DNA of 64,000 bases from Hypanus sabinus. Lineage: Eukaryota. Each line of letters starts with the position of its first letter. Positions within the stretch are counted from its first letter, which is position 1. A program made the translations under genes and the position numbers. The stretch spans positions 27,528,001 to 27,592,000 of the forward strand of contig NC_082724.1 in the NCBI RefSeq assembly GCF_030144855.1. Reading direction: 5' to 3'. Positions 51,020-64,000 of the stretch are shown here, piece after piece. The notes beneath the pieces were generated by a model. The model saw nothing but the letters and a program-made list of their open reading frames with translations, ran no database searches and was not told the origin of the DNA.

Positions 51020-52425
51020 GGAAAGTTACTGGGGGTTTATTACTGGCCTCCCAAAAGTCAGTGGAAGACGGAGGACCAGATACGTGGACAACTCACAGGG
51101 ATGTGCAATAGTAATGGAGAATTCCTTTGTGAATATAGTTCATAAAAGTGGAGGACGTGATAATAAGAGAAAATGTCAGAGATGCTTAAGATTATTATAG
51201 AGAAGTTCATGACTAGACTGGGTTAAGTTTTTGAATTAGGGAAGACTGATTTCAATTCAATTTGGCAAAAGTAGGCTGGGAGTAGTTCTTTGTAGGCTGG
51301 TCTACAGGAGAGCAGTGGGAGGCATTCAGAAATGAAATGGACACAATTCAGGGTCAGTATGTTCCTATTGGGATGAAGCTAAGGAAACCTGGATCCCAAG
51401 GGACATTGAGAGTTGGATAAAGAAAGGAAAAGCTGTCTTATTACAGATTTAGAGAACTAAAAATGGTTGAAACCCTCGAAGTATGGATCATGCAGCACTG
51501 CAGTGGAATAAAACAATTAGCAAAGAACTGGCTTCAAATAGCAAGATTAAGGAGAATCACAAATCATTTCATAAGTCAAGACAAGAAAATAACCAAGGAA
51601 AATGTAGAGCATGTAACTATATGGAGCCTGCAGACAGATGTTAGGTCTTAAAAGATATTGTGGTTGAAGAATTCAGGAAGGGGATACTTGACCCTTGAAT
51701 ATTAGAACAAATTACCATTGAAAAGAAGGAGCCATTAGAGGTCTTAGTAGGCTTAAAAGTGGATACACTCCCAGGCTGTAATGAAATGTCTCCCAAATTT
51801 ATATGAAATACAAAGAGGAAGATGGCAGGAGTTGTTACGTAATTTTTCCAGCCACTTCACCCTTTTCTGGCCACAGAAGAGGCTCCAGGTAGGAGGACAG
51901 CAAATATGTTGCCATTATTGGTTTACAAAAAAGGGAGCAGCGATAAGCCCTGTGCTGGCAGGTCAAATAATCTAACATCAGTTATTGGGCAAATTATTGT
52001 GGGGAAAAAAGTTTTAATCAGGATTAATCTGCTCTTGAAGAGGTAGAGGTTGCTTGGGGATTCGTGTCTGATTCAGTTGATTGAACTTTTCAGGTAGGTC
52101 ATTGAACTGATTTCAGTAAAGCCTTTAACAAGGCCCCTCATGAAAGACTGATTCAAAAGATAGAAGCCAATGGGAGCAGGTTAATTTGGGAATTGGACGT
52201 GAAATTAGCTCAGTAATAGAAGGGAGAAAATGATCATGCTGGTGCTGTTTTTGCAAATTGAAACTTTTGGTAAATGGCAGTTGTTAAAATGGGCAGAGAA
52301 ATTACAGTGAAATTGAATTCTGAAAAATTTGAGATATTGCATTTTGGGAGGACCTATAAGGGTAGTACTATGAATAGTCAATCCCTAGGAAATTCTAAGG
52401 AACAGAAGTATCTTGGTGTACACGT
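51020..52425 (+). mobile_element. CR1 LINE, heavily decayed
   Basis: Remnants DFSKAFNKAPHERLIQKIEANG (~52110-52175) and LNSEKFEILHFGR (~52315-52350). Confidence 0.8.
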
Positions 52426-52427
52426 TT

Positions 52428-52735
52428 AAGCTTCACAGCTTGAATAACCCAGGTTCAGTCCTGACCTCCAGTGTTGTTTGTGTAAAGTCGGCACGTTCTC
52501 TCTAAGATTGTGTGGGTTTTTCTCCAGAAGCTACTGTTTCCTCCCAAGTTCCAAAGGCTTGCTGGTAGGTTAATTGGCTATGTAAAAAAAAACCATCATG
52601 CAGGAGAATGAGAAAAAAAATCAAGGAGTATGTGAGAGACAATTTATCATAAGGAAATTCAGAATGATGGGAATCCTTTGTGTAGCATTAATATGGTGGG
52701 AAGAATGGTCTCCTATATTGTAAGAAAATATGAGA
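52428..52735 (+). mobile_element. V-SINE-like element, degenerate
   Basis: B-box ggttcagtcc; V-domain tgtgtgggtttttctcc..gtttcctcccaagttccaaag. Confidence 0.7.
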
Positions 52736-55700
52736 AAGTGCATCCATACCAAGGAGGTGTTAATTTGATTTGTAGAGCAAATTGTGTGCAAGTTATTGCT
52801 TTAAAATCCAAAATGTTCATTTGGTTTATATATATCTGGGTGTTCAATGTGAGTCTGTATGTAGATATACAGAAGCAATAAGACTTCAGATTTCCTTCAT
52901 TCAATAAATTAAGTAATTTAATGGACAAGTACATTGCACATACTGCATGAACAAGTTTCTTTATAGTGAAGCCAAATACGAATACACTGTAAATGCACAG
53001 TAGTATTTTAAGTACAGTTAAAAGAGGAGGTAACTGAAATACTAAATCAGCTGTGATTGTAAAGGAGCTTTCCTATAATTTTCATTGAGGTTATATTAAA
53101 TCTTCTTTTTTCATTGACATAAAGCTAAATTATTTGGAATGAATTATAAATTTGTTTAAATTAGTATATATTTGTGTGGTTATCAGTAAACCACTTTTAT
53201 GAACTTGTTAATAACTGGCAGTGACATACAAGTACTCCTCAGAGAGCTTTAGTTCACAAATTACCTTGCTGCTGAGGATGTAGGTGACTTAAAGGATATT
53301 GTTTCACAGTTTTTATGTCCCTTGTCCATGTCATTTCATAGTTTCTTACATCAATTAACTGAACATAATCACAGCATGGGGATTGATGGTTTGGGTGGGG
53401 ATGGAGGCGGGAGGGAGAATGGGTCCACCTTGCTCCCATCTTGTGCTCAGTTAGAGATATTTCATTGTGAAATCTTATAACTATTTGTTTCATCATCTGT
53501 AAGCAATAGAAATAAACTCGACACAAAAGAGGAATCATCAGTCCGAAGAGTTTTCCTGGTTTCTCTGGATCAGCTGGTTATGTGATAATAACTATGGAGC
53601 CATCAGGCTCACTGGTGAATTCATAAAGTGTAAAAAAAGCCTTGGATAAAGTGCTGAACTAGTCAAGAAAAGACTAACTGCTGAGAGGCCACTGTGTTTC
53701 TCTGGAAGTCCTTTGTGCGTTATTGAGTCTTGACAGTTTCAAAACCATCAACAGCAGGCTAATCCCAGAGCAGTGATCAAAGCTAAGAGTGTCAAAATCT
53801 TCAATATATGTGTCTGTTGTTATCTCACTCTAGTGCTAAAAATGGTAGCATGATCTTTTCTGTTTCATCATTGGATCTTGTTGCAGCTTTCTTAAACTGT
53901 AATGTTTTTGATTTCAGTTTAATTTTGATGCCTTTAACTTTGAATACAGCATTTTATCAAATATTGGTACAGTATTCAGCATTAAAAATAGAATATCAAT
54001 GTACCTTTTTTTTGCAACTCTCCAATTCACATTTGTATATTTAAAATAATTTGAAGGCAACTGTTCATAAGCTAATGCTGACCTTTGTTCATGGAACTGG
54101 GAGAAAAATGGGGAAGTGTGGTCAGAAAACCAGAAACCGGATTTTCAGTTTATTCCTTTAACAAAGCAGCAAGTGGAATGGTTGGAAAAATTGATGATTG
54201 CAGATAACTGTGCCCCTGCTGCTTTGTTTAAAAGGTTTGAAGTATATCCATATGGTAATGTACTGTACATTGCCAGCCAATGTGTATCTACTTGGAATGT
54301 TAAACAGTAATGCAATAGAGGCTAATTCATGGCACTTTTAATTGCTGCAATTATTAATAAATTGTAATTTCAGCATTACGTTCCTACTCATCTGCAACTA
54401 TTATATGTGTCAATGGACACATATAATCCATGCTTCAGTCTATTGAATTTTCATTTTCTGATTTCAAAGTGACTTAAATTATCAGTTGGCTTGCCCTACA
54501 AATGCTATTTGGAAAACATTGAATTTCATCTCAAGAATTCTTGGTCTTTAGGAACTTTTATGCATGGGAAAATATGAAAATAAGAAATATAAAAAAAAAC
54601 ATTTAGTCCATCAAAGCAAACACCCGATGGAAAATACAATGTGGAATGTTTCTTCACAAAGATCAGGTTCACTATTATAGAATTACATTCTTTACAGCAG
54701 CATAAAAGGTGGTTCAATCCACTGGGCATTCTACTTAATTTACTCACTTTTGAAAACATTGATTGATTCAATTTGCACCTCAACTACAGGCAGTTAATTC
54801 CAGATCATACCTACTTTGCATTAATAAGAAAACTCTTTTATGCTGTTTGCTCCAGTCTGCTCTCCATGAGTTAATCAACACGACAAGCAATAAATAAAGA
54901 TGGGAGTTTGGATAAGGAAAAATGACTGTTAGACATTTGGTACATAACCAGAATGAACAGACAGTATGCAGATTCTATTTACAGCAGACAAAAATAATGT
55001 AATTTCTTTTTCTGACAAAAACAAAGGATTGAAGTGAGGTTGATTGAACCCTTTGTCCTGTCTTGCCCCTCCCGATAAATGCTGGGTTAAATGTTGAGGA
55101 GATTCACCAAATGACTCTCCACCCTTGGAACTGAGCAGTGAGATATTGCAAGGTCTCAATAGAAAGTGCATCAGGTGATGCAATCCTAATCGCCATCTCT
55201 GGAATGGAATGATAAGGACTTTGCCGACAAAACTTTTAAGATGTTTAAAATATTTCATGATTTCTGAAAAGAATTGAAAAAAGTAATTACATAATAAATT
55301 GCCTTGTGTTACAAGCTACTTAAAATAATTTTAAAAACATTAACAATTAAAGACTGACTTAAAAAGACTGCAGTAATATCAACAAAACAAAATATTTTTC
55401 TTCCTAAATTTCAGTTGAGGTTGGATATAATACATTGACATCTGTCACTTAGTGCATTCTGAAACTTAGGGTGTGCCCACACTGGTCTGGGACATATTGT
55501 GGCAAAATGCCAACAGTTTCGTTCAAAACGAAACTGCCCCTGTCATTATGTTTTGACCTAAACAATGCCAGTACATAATCAATGGGAATGTACTAAAGAA
55601 ATAATACTTTTAAGTGCTTTGATGTTATTTTGCAGTCCATGTGCAAATATTAGCAACTTTTAGTATACATTTGGTTAGCACTGCCAAGACTGATGGGTGC

Positions 55701-55869
55701 ACAACTCTTACTATGTATTCTTGAAGGTTTGTGGAAACGGTTGGCAGCTGCTTTCTTACAAAATTGCAGGCCCTATATGCCATAATAATATGGGAAAGTA
55801 AAATCAGTGATCCTGACTTAATCATCAAGAAAAAAAATGTAATCTAATTCATTTTTCTGATGGCATGTT

Positions 55870-56190
55870 GCACACAGTTCTTCTCCCAGCACGGGAAATC
55901 AAGAACTAGGGGTATAGGTTTAAGGTGAGAGGGGGAAATTTAAATAGAAACCTGAGGGGTAGAGTTTTCACCCAGAAGATAGTCTACATAGGTAGTTGGT
56001 ACTAGAGCCGTTAAGATCGGCACATTAACAACATTTAAAGGACACCTGGACAGGTATATCAACAGAAAAGCTTTAGAGGGATATGGACCAAATATTGGCA
56101 AATGGGACTAGGTTAGAAGGGAATCTTGGTTACCATGGACAAGTTGGGATGAAGGGTTTATTTCCATGCTGTGTTACTGTAATACTCTAA
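55870..56190 (+). mobile_element. CR1 3' end
   Basis: agaactaggggtataggtttaaggtgagagggg..ttagagggatatggaccaaa..tttccatgctgt. Confidence 0.8.
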
Positions 56191-56191
56191 A

Positions 56192-57150
56192 ATCATGGAT
56201 CAATTTTATTCACAATATACATTTTCATATATTTGGAATTTGCTGTGGTGTTTTGGCATGATATGCAACAAAAATAATATTCAACAATTGTAAGAAGAAG
56301 TTATATAAAAAATAGACTCAGTAGTTAAAGTGCAGACATGGAATGAAATGTGAATAAAATAAATAAATAAATAAATACCAGCATCACAGTATAAATGTGT
56401 TTTAAAGGGAGCTTGCAGTTTGCTGAGTAGAAAATGTCCACAATGGTTTTTCCTGTTCACTTCTTTGTCCTGGACACATGCAATCCCTTCTGTGATGGTA
56501 GACTGTAGCCAACAATCTTTTCCGCTGACCTGCCAGATCACTGTAGTTTTCAGAAATTGCAAGAGGTTACTGTGCCAAACCAGACAGTAATGGTTGATGT
56601 AAGGATGTTTTCTATGATGTTTGTGTGAAATTGCATGAGTATGTTCTGGGGAAGGTGGAATTTTACCAATTGCCTCAATAAGTACATCCTGTGCCAAGCC
56701 CATTTGTTGATGAAGGGGATATGGTTCTCCCATGAGGTCCTGTGAAATAATAATACCCAGGAACCTGAATGTGCTAACTGTGGAAGTGTTGATGAGTGGG
56801 TTGAGAGAAGACATATTTCTCCTGAAGTCGATATGTATCTCCAAAATTTTGAGGGCATTCGGCTCCAAGTTTTTGTGATTGCACCAGGATACTAGCTTGT
56901 TTACTTCCTTGTGGTACTTGGATTTGTTGCCTCTGGTGATTAGTCCAATGACAGTGGTGTCATCTGCAAACTTGATCAGATGAACAGATGGATCACTGGT
57001 GGTGAACTAATGCCAATTGAGCAGGATGTGGCTCTGTGCTTGCTTCATCTCACAATCTTCTTCCTGTCAGAGAGGAAATTTGTAATCCACCTGTAGTTGG
57101 GACCTGGTATGTTAGGTTGGGAGAGTTTCTCTTGCAGAAGCTCATAAAGA
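56192..57150 (-). mobile_element. Rex1/Babar-type LINE, RT to 3' end
   Basis: Minus strand VHLIKFADDTTVIGLIT (~56940-56990); ORFs with FRFLGIIISQDL and RMYLLRQLVKFHLPQ..IENILTSTITVWFG. Confidence 0.9.
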
Positions 57151-57319
57151 GAAGTTGCAGCTAGTGGTGCTCTAACAAGAGCAATCCAAGTCTTTTTATA
57201 TAGAAACTTTATCAGAAAAACATGCCAATTCTCTTCAAAAGATTTGACTGAGGCAGGATAGTTTAGAGAGGAAACTGCAGAGCTTAGGTCCTTGACAACT
57301 GAAGGTACAGTCACTCATG

Positions 57320-59440
57320 ATGGCAGAACAGAGGTGGATGACGTTTCTGGGAATAGTTTACAAGGTGCAGGATAAATATGTCCCACAGAAGAAGTTGTTC
57401 TCAAATGCAAAGGGTAGGCAACCATGGATGACAAGATAGGTCAAGTAATGCATAAAAGCCAAGGAAAGGGCATGTAATAATAAATGTGAGTGGGAAATTA
57501 GGTGATTAGGAAGTTTTTAAAATCCAACAAAAGGCAATTTAAAAAGCTATCAGAAGCGAAAAGATGTAATATGAGGGCAAACTAACCAATAATATTAAAG
57601 CAGGATACCAAAAGTTTTGTTTTCAGTTATATAAGGAGTAAAAGGGAGGTGAGGGTTGATATTGGACCACTCGAAAATGATCCTGGTGAGGCAGTAATGG
57701 GGTCAAAGAAATGGCAGATGAATTTAATGAGTACTTTGCGTCTATCTTTGCTGTGGAAGGTCAGAGGTCTATGAGTGTCAGAGAGCAGTAGTGAGTGCCA
57801 TTGCTGTTACAAAGGAAGTAGTGCTAGACAAACTCAAAGGTCTTAAGATGGATAAGTCACCTGGACCAGATGGACTACATTCCAGAGTCCTGAGAGAGGT
57901 TGCTGAAGAGATAATGGATGCACCTGTCTTGATTGATCAGGAATCACTTGATTCTGACATGGTCCCAGGGGACTGGAAGATTGCAAATGTCACTCACTCT
58001 TTAAGAAGGGAGGAAGGCAAAAGAAAGGAAATTTTAGGCCAGTTAGCCTAACCTCAGTGATTGGGAAAGTGTTGGAGTCTATTTTTAAGAATGAGGTTTT
58101 GGGATACTTGGAGACGAATTATTAAAATAAGGCGAAGTCAGCATAGTTTCTGTAAAGGGAAATCTTGCCTGACAAATCTGTTGGAGGTCTTTGAGGAAAA
58201 TTAACAATCAGGTTTGACAAAGGAGAGGCAATGGATGTCATTTACTTGGATGTTCAGAAGACATTTGATAAGGTGCCACACATGAGGCTGCTAAACAAGA
58301 CAAAATCCTATAGCATCACAGGAAAGATACTAGTATAGATAGAGGAACAGCTGACAGGCAGGAGGCAGTGAGTGGTATAAAAGGGGCCTTTTCTGGTCGG
58401 CTGCCAGTGACTAGAGTTGTTTCTCATGGGTCAGTATTGGGACTGCTACTTTTCATGTTGTTTGTCAGTGATTTGGATAATGGAATTGATGGCTTTCCGG
58501 TAAAGTTTGTGGATGACACAAAGACAGGTGGTGGGGGTGAGGTAGTGTAGAAAAAGCAATGCGATTGCAGCAGGACTTACAACAAATTGGAAGAATGGGC
58601 AAAAAAGTGGCAGATGAAATACAGTGTTGGAAACTGTATGATAATGCATTTTGGTAAAAGGAACAAAACTGTGGACTATTATTTAAATGGGGAGAAGGTT
58701 CAAACACCAGAGGTACAGAGGGACTGAGGAGTCCTTGAGCAAGATTCCCAGAAAGTTAATTTACAGGGTTGAGTCTGTGGTAAAGAAGGAAAATGCAATG
58801 TTGGCATTTCAAGGGGAATAGATATAAAAGCGAAGAGATAATGCTGAGCCTTTATAAGACACTAGTCAGGCTGCGCTTAGAGTATTGTCAACAGTTTTGG
58901 GCCCCTTAAGTAAGAGAGGATGTACTGTCATTGGAGAGAGTCCGGAGGAAGTTCATGATGAAGATGATTTCAGGAATGAAGGGGTTAACATACAAGGCAT
59001 GTTTGGCAGCTTTGGACCTGTACTCACTGGAATTTAGAAGAATGTGGGGTGGGGGGGGGGGGAGATGATCTCACTGAAGCCCATTGAATGTTGAAAGGAC
59101 TAGATATTATGGATGTGGAGAGGATGTTTCCTGTGGTGGGAGCATAATCAGAACTAGAGAGTACAGCCCCAAAACTGACCAACAATCTCTCTGAACAGAG
59201 GTAAGGAGAAATTTTTATAGCTAGAGAATAGTGAGTCTGCCAGAGACTGCTGTGGAAGCCAAGTCCATGCATATATTTAAGGTGGAAGTTGATTGTATCC
59301 TCATCAGTCAGGGCATCAAAGGATGGTGAGAAAGCAAGAATATGGGATTGAGTGGGATCTGGGATCAGCCATGATGGAATGGCGAAGCAGACTTGATGGA
59401 CTGAATGGCCTAATTCTGCTCTTAAGTCTTATGGTCTTAT
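57320..59440 (+). mobile_element. CR1 LINE, ~2.1 kb, linker-RT-3' end
   Basis: LKGLKMDKSPGPDGLHSRVLREVAEEI; KSCLTNLLEVFEE; DKVPHMRLL; KFVDDTK; tail tcttatggtcttat. Same subfamily as 26810-29288. Confidence 0.95.
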
Positions 59441-62400
59441 GTTGGAAGCTGTTGTTTAATTTATAGATGGTCATACATTTGACGTTTGAATTTATCTTGA
59501 AAAGTTATAGAGATTAGGAAGTTACACGAATAAGGAGAGATGAAAAACTGGATTGAGTTAGAAACAAGTTGAGAATTTTGGCTGCTTAGCTTAAGAGAGT
59601 AGACATAATTGATTCCGTTCAGTTTAACCATGCTTAACCTTAATTTTCATTGTGAGATGATTGAATTTGTTCATTTTTTTGGGCAAGTCCCAAAAGGACA
59701 CAGTTCTCTACTTCTCCAAAATTGTACATTCACATTCTTACACTCAATTCACTCCAAAATTCTTACAAACTTTAAGGAAAGAAATTTGTCTCCTTACTGG
59801 ATCAGGAAGAGTGGTCATTAATGCTTCATTGTCCTCTGAAATTGCCTTAGTCTTTTGTGATTTAGCAAACAATCAATTACATAGTAATGATTTAATTTCA
59901 AAATTACCATTATCATTGGTTAAACTCACTGTAATTTGTTGATGTGATCACCTAGTTATTCGGCAAGTAATTATTAGACTGAGTTAACAAAATTAGTGAC
60001 AGCAGCTAAGTGCATCAATGTAATTTAACATTAATCAGATTTCTCATTATCAAATCCAAGTTGAGATCAATGTAAAACTGATAAAATTGGTGAGATTAAA
60101 TTAAGAATAGCTCCCTTGATAAAAAAAAACAAATTGGAACATTAGGTACCAAATCTATTGAATGAATTAATCTCTGTCAGTTTAATGACTGACCCATTTA
60201 CTTGAGAGCTTTGAAGTTAAAAGTCTGTATTGAGGCAAATTGCAGCACAATATCTTCACCTACATGCTGCCTCCCTCAGTCTACAGTCATGACTATTTAG
60301 TTTGCAAATGGGAGCTGATTACTTTCAATGTTTCTACTATTTTTCTTAGTGTTTCAACTCCCATTCAGCTATAGGCATCTACTTCCAGATGATTCTCAGC
60401 ATTTGGTTCATCTTTAATATGACAAAATCATTATCTTTGGACCTTGCTGTATACAGTGTTTGGTCTAATTAACAACCACCCACTTCTTCAGTTGAAGTAC
60501 CCTACCACATTCATTACTTCCTCTTGATAATTGTTTCAGGAGTAGAACTTCAAGCACTAAATTCTATTCATTATGGAGGTTTGTTAGATTCTAAATAGAT
60601 TAGTTGCTAAAAATCCTCTCATGTGAGAGAAAGCTTTAATAATGTGTTTATTCAATTATTATGACAGTTGCATAACAGTCGTTAACCAAAGTAGACACAT
60701 GAACTGATCAAGTGTGATATTACCAGTAAGCCAGACAAACTAAAGGAAATTTGTTATTTTTTCCCCTCTAACATCTCTTCCCTGATTTTTCTGTTGTATT
60801 TCTAAAATAAATTCGCTTCATTTGAAATATTCACAGGAAATGCAATATAATCAGTACACATTTTTTCATGTTTATTTTACCATCAAACCAATAACTACTC
60901 AAAGTGCATCAGTGGCCCAATTCTCACCCATTTCTGCATTTAGGGAGTTTCTCATCTGCTCTGCAGATGCAATTAAATCAAAAATATTTGCACCCCTTGA
61001 AACCCACAATTCTGCTGTACATAGTTATCATATTTGTGCTATAATATATATTTAATTACAGCCAATGCCTTGAAACTCATGCATGAGTTCTCTTTGTTTT
61101 AGCACTTTATATATTTGCATTCCAATTTGCAATATAAAACTTCACAAAGTTTGAAAACACAATGTCTTGAAAATGTTTCCAATCATCTCTGCTTTGTGAT
61201 CCCTTAATCTTATTTATTGAGGTGAGACACTCCTTTTCTTTATCAGAACTTACTGTGCTTTATCAATCTTTGCGTTTTGCTGGTTTTCTTTGCGTGCATA
61301 ATTACTCTATGGCATGACAAGACATTTATAACTTTTAGATCTTACTTTCTCATGAATAATAGAACCATTTTCTCACAGGTGCCATTTACACTATACTTAT
61401 TAATAGTTTAAATGTCTGAAGCTTCATATTTCTGCATTGCAAACATGACAATATTTTACCCACCATTCCTTCGCTTTCCATTTTTAAGTTTGTCATCTGA
61501 CATTCTTGGAACTCAGCATTTTACTCTATATTTCCTAAATAAAATATCACAGTATTTATTCATTCAGTAGTTTCATTACAACTCGGTCACAGCTATTTAT
61601 TATACTAAGTATTCAGCTTAAAATTAATCCTTATTTATATTGAGGCCTATATACCATAACCAGCAAAGCATCTCAAGAAAGATGTTTTCCAAAAGATTTT
61701 CAACTTAATACCACACCTTGATAGTTGCTTGCCCCATAAACCCTTAAATGTGTCATCATTTTCCCAGCAACTTTCTTCCAAGTTTTAAGTCTTTTTCTTT
61801 GCATTATCTGCTACCTGCCATTTATTCTTGCTGAATTTAGTTCTCATGGCTCATATACTGAATTTAAACTCTTAATCCTGGTCTGAGTTCCTCCATAGAA
61901 TTGAACCCATCTTTATCCTATCCATTCATTCTTTTCCTCTCATTCTAATTTTCTAATAATTTAGCATCCATTCCCTTAATATTTTACATTATATCTGTAT
62001 ATCATACTGTTGCTTCAGTCTTAATTTACAACATTCTCTGTACTCTCTAACTCTTTTTTGTAATTCTCTACCCAGGCTCCAAGTCACATCTTCTAATCAT
62101 CTCTTTTCCAGCTGAGTACCCACTTATTACCATTTCAAATCCCAATACCTTGATATGTTTGTTAAATGAGCTATATGTCTTCCATTTTGTGGTGGCGAAC
62201 TTGATTATGATGATAATTACGATTGTTAGACTTGGCATTCAGTATCTAATTAAATGAAAAATACAAAAGCCTTCCATAAGCCATGTTAATTACAGAAAAA
62301 AGTGCCTTCTGCTGTGTTATAAATACTTTGGAACATTCATGCAGCACACTATCGTAAGACGAATTGTAAATGGATGTAATAGTTCATTAGAAATAGCAAA

Positions 62401-62721
62401 TGCAGTAAGCCAGTTGGCTCTTTGTGCTTCCTGATTCTTTAGGATCATGACTGAGCTTTTACCTCAGTACTACTTTCCCAAGCCAACCCAACATCCCACT
62501 TGATTACCTGAATATCTAAAAATTTACTTACTTGTAGATTGAGTGTAAAATTCAAAAAATTTTGTCTGCATCAGTACAGAACGAACTTCGGACAAATAAC
62601 TGTTGAAAACAGTTAAACTCTGAAACGTTAAACCTGAACCGTTAAATTTGTTTCTTATCTTTTAGACACTGCCTGACTTGCTGAGTATCTGAAGTAGTTT
62701 CTATTTTTGGAGTTATAGGGT

Positions 62722-64000
62722 TATATAGCATAGAAAGAAATATCCTTCAGCCACATGCATCCATGAACTTGGTACATCTGCCTGCGGTTGGCTCACATCC
62801 TGTGAAACTGTCCAGATATCTTTTAAACATTGTAATTTTACCAGTCTGATCATTGAATCTGGCCACCATCTGCCACCCTCAGTTTGGAAAAATTTGCCCC
62901 TCAGGTCCCTATAAATTTTTCTCCTCTCACCTTAAATCCATGACACTAGGTTTAGACCGCCTTACGCTATGAAAAAGACTGACCATCCTCCTCTATTCCC
63001 CTCATGATATTATAAATCTCTATTAGGTCACCTCTTAGCTTCCCTCGCTCCAGGGAAGATAGTTTGTGCTGTCCAGCCTTTCCTCATAGCTTAAGCCTTT
63101 CAGGTCAGGTGACCCTTCACCTGTGAGTCTGTTGGCGCCCTATACTGTGACCAGTGTTCCCAGTGTGGCCTCCTGTATATCGGTGGAACACAACGTAGTT
63201 AGGGAGATGGCTTTGCGGAGCACCTACGCTCCATCTGCCCGAAAAAGTGGGATCTCTCAGTGGCCACCATTTTAATTATTCTTCCCAATTCCATTCTGAT
63301 ATGTCACTCCGTGGCCTCCTCTACAGTTGTGATGAGGGCAGACTCAGGTTGGAGGAACAACACCTTGTATTCCATCTGTGTAGGCTCCGACCTGATGACA
63401 TAAATCTTGAACTTCTGGCAATGCCTCCCCATCACCATTCCCCATCCCCTTTTCGTCAATGGCCTTCTGTCCTCTCTTCTGGTCTCACCAGTGTCCTTTT
63501 TAGCTGTAATGTGACAACCTGACTTTTGTACTCAGTGCCCCATCTGTTGAAGGCAGCACTTCACACATCTTCTTTATCACTTTGTTTATATAGGTTGTCA
63601 TTTTCAGGGAGCTAGGTACTTATATCCCAAGGTCTCTCTGTGGTACAATATTCCCCAGGGTTCTACAATTTTATGTATAAGTTCTACTTTGGCTTAGCTT
63701 TCTAACTTGTCAGACTTAAGTTCCACTTGCCATTCCTTTGCCCTCTTTCCCAGCTGATTTAGATCCTGTTGTAACCTTCACTGTCCATCACAGTACTAAT
63801 TTCACTGTCATCTGCAAACTTACTTACCATGCCACCAATATTCTCATCAAACAGCAGGAGACTGCACTGATCGCTCTGGTGTAGGACTGGCTATAAGCCT
63901 CTAATCTGAAAAATAACCCTCTACTCCACACCAATAATCCTGTGTCACCATCTATCAAGCCTTTTTATCTTCAGCTCACAGTGAACCATATGTGATCTCA
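62722..64000 (-). mobile_element. CR1 LINE 3' part, interrupted by a Penelope fragment
   Basis: Tail near 62722-62780; minus strand SKFADDSEI (~63800-63827) and KEWQVEL. Confidence 0.8.
63100..63450 (+). mobile_element. Penelope GIY-YIG endonuclease fragment
   Basis: FTCESVGALYCDQCSQCGLLYIGGTQR..FAEHLR; ORF 63247-63522 RLRLEEQHLVFHLCRLRPDDIN. Confidence 0.88.

Noticed and set aside
60967-61044. Acceptor-like ctctgcAG followed by ATG CAA (MQ..), a possible next PTPRG exon
   Set aside because: Reads MQLNQKYLHPLKPTILL.., not the expected MQIFFYNPDDFDSF-like sequence. No convincing next exon was found in the window; it probably lies downstream.
1-64000. Prokaryotic-type systems (CRISPR, retron, DGR, operons) suggested by the multiple RT fragments
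   Set aside because: The DNA is vertebrate intron, and all RT/endonuclease fragments belong to CR1, Rex1/Babar or Penelope retroelements.

Overview
Eukaryotic, AT-rich, repeat-dense vertebrate DNA. The repeat set (CR1 LINEs, Rex1/Babar-type LINEs, Penelope-like elements, tRNA-derived V-SINE-like elements) suggests a cartilaginous fish, probably a ray (inference). The whole window lies inside one large + strand gene, receptor-type tyrosine phosphatase gamma (PTPRG). Only two coding exons are present: 5559-5738 (180 nt) and 31443-31591 (149 nt). They splice in frame and encode part of the catalytically dead carbonic-anhydrase-like ectodomain. The rest is intron, roughly half of it decayed retroelements, often nested. 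Most ORFs in the supplied track are retroelement debris or chance. I see no evidence for a genuinely new multi-gene system. The most unusual objects are: (i) two different ~0.85 kb non-coding elements with an AAGATGGCG-like (YY1-type) head and a Rex1-type tail, i.e. candidate non-autonomous Pol II retroposons; (ii) a clean 843 bp solo LTR with 4 bp TSD; (iii) a Tc1-TIR/LINE-tail chimera; (iv) a palindromic Penelope insertion; (v) a young, open-frame Rex1 fragment; and (vi) TE-free intronic blocks with palindromes and TAAT clusters that may be conserved enhancers. Repeat boundaries are approximate (tens of bp) unless a TSD is given.
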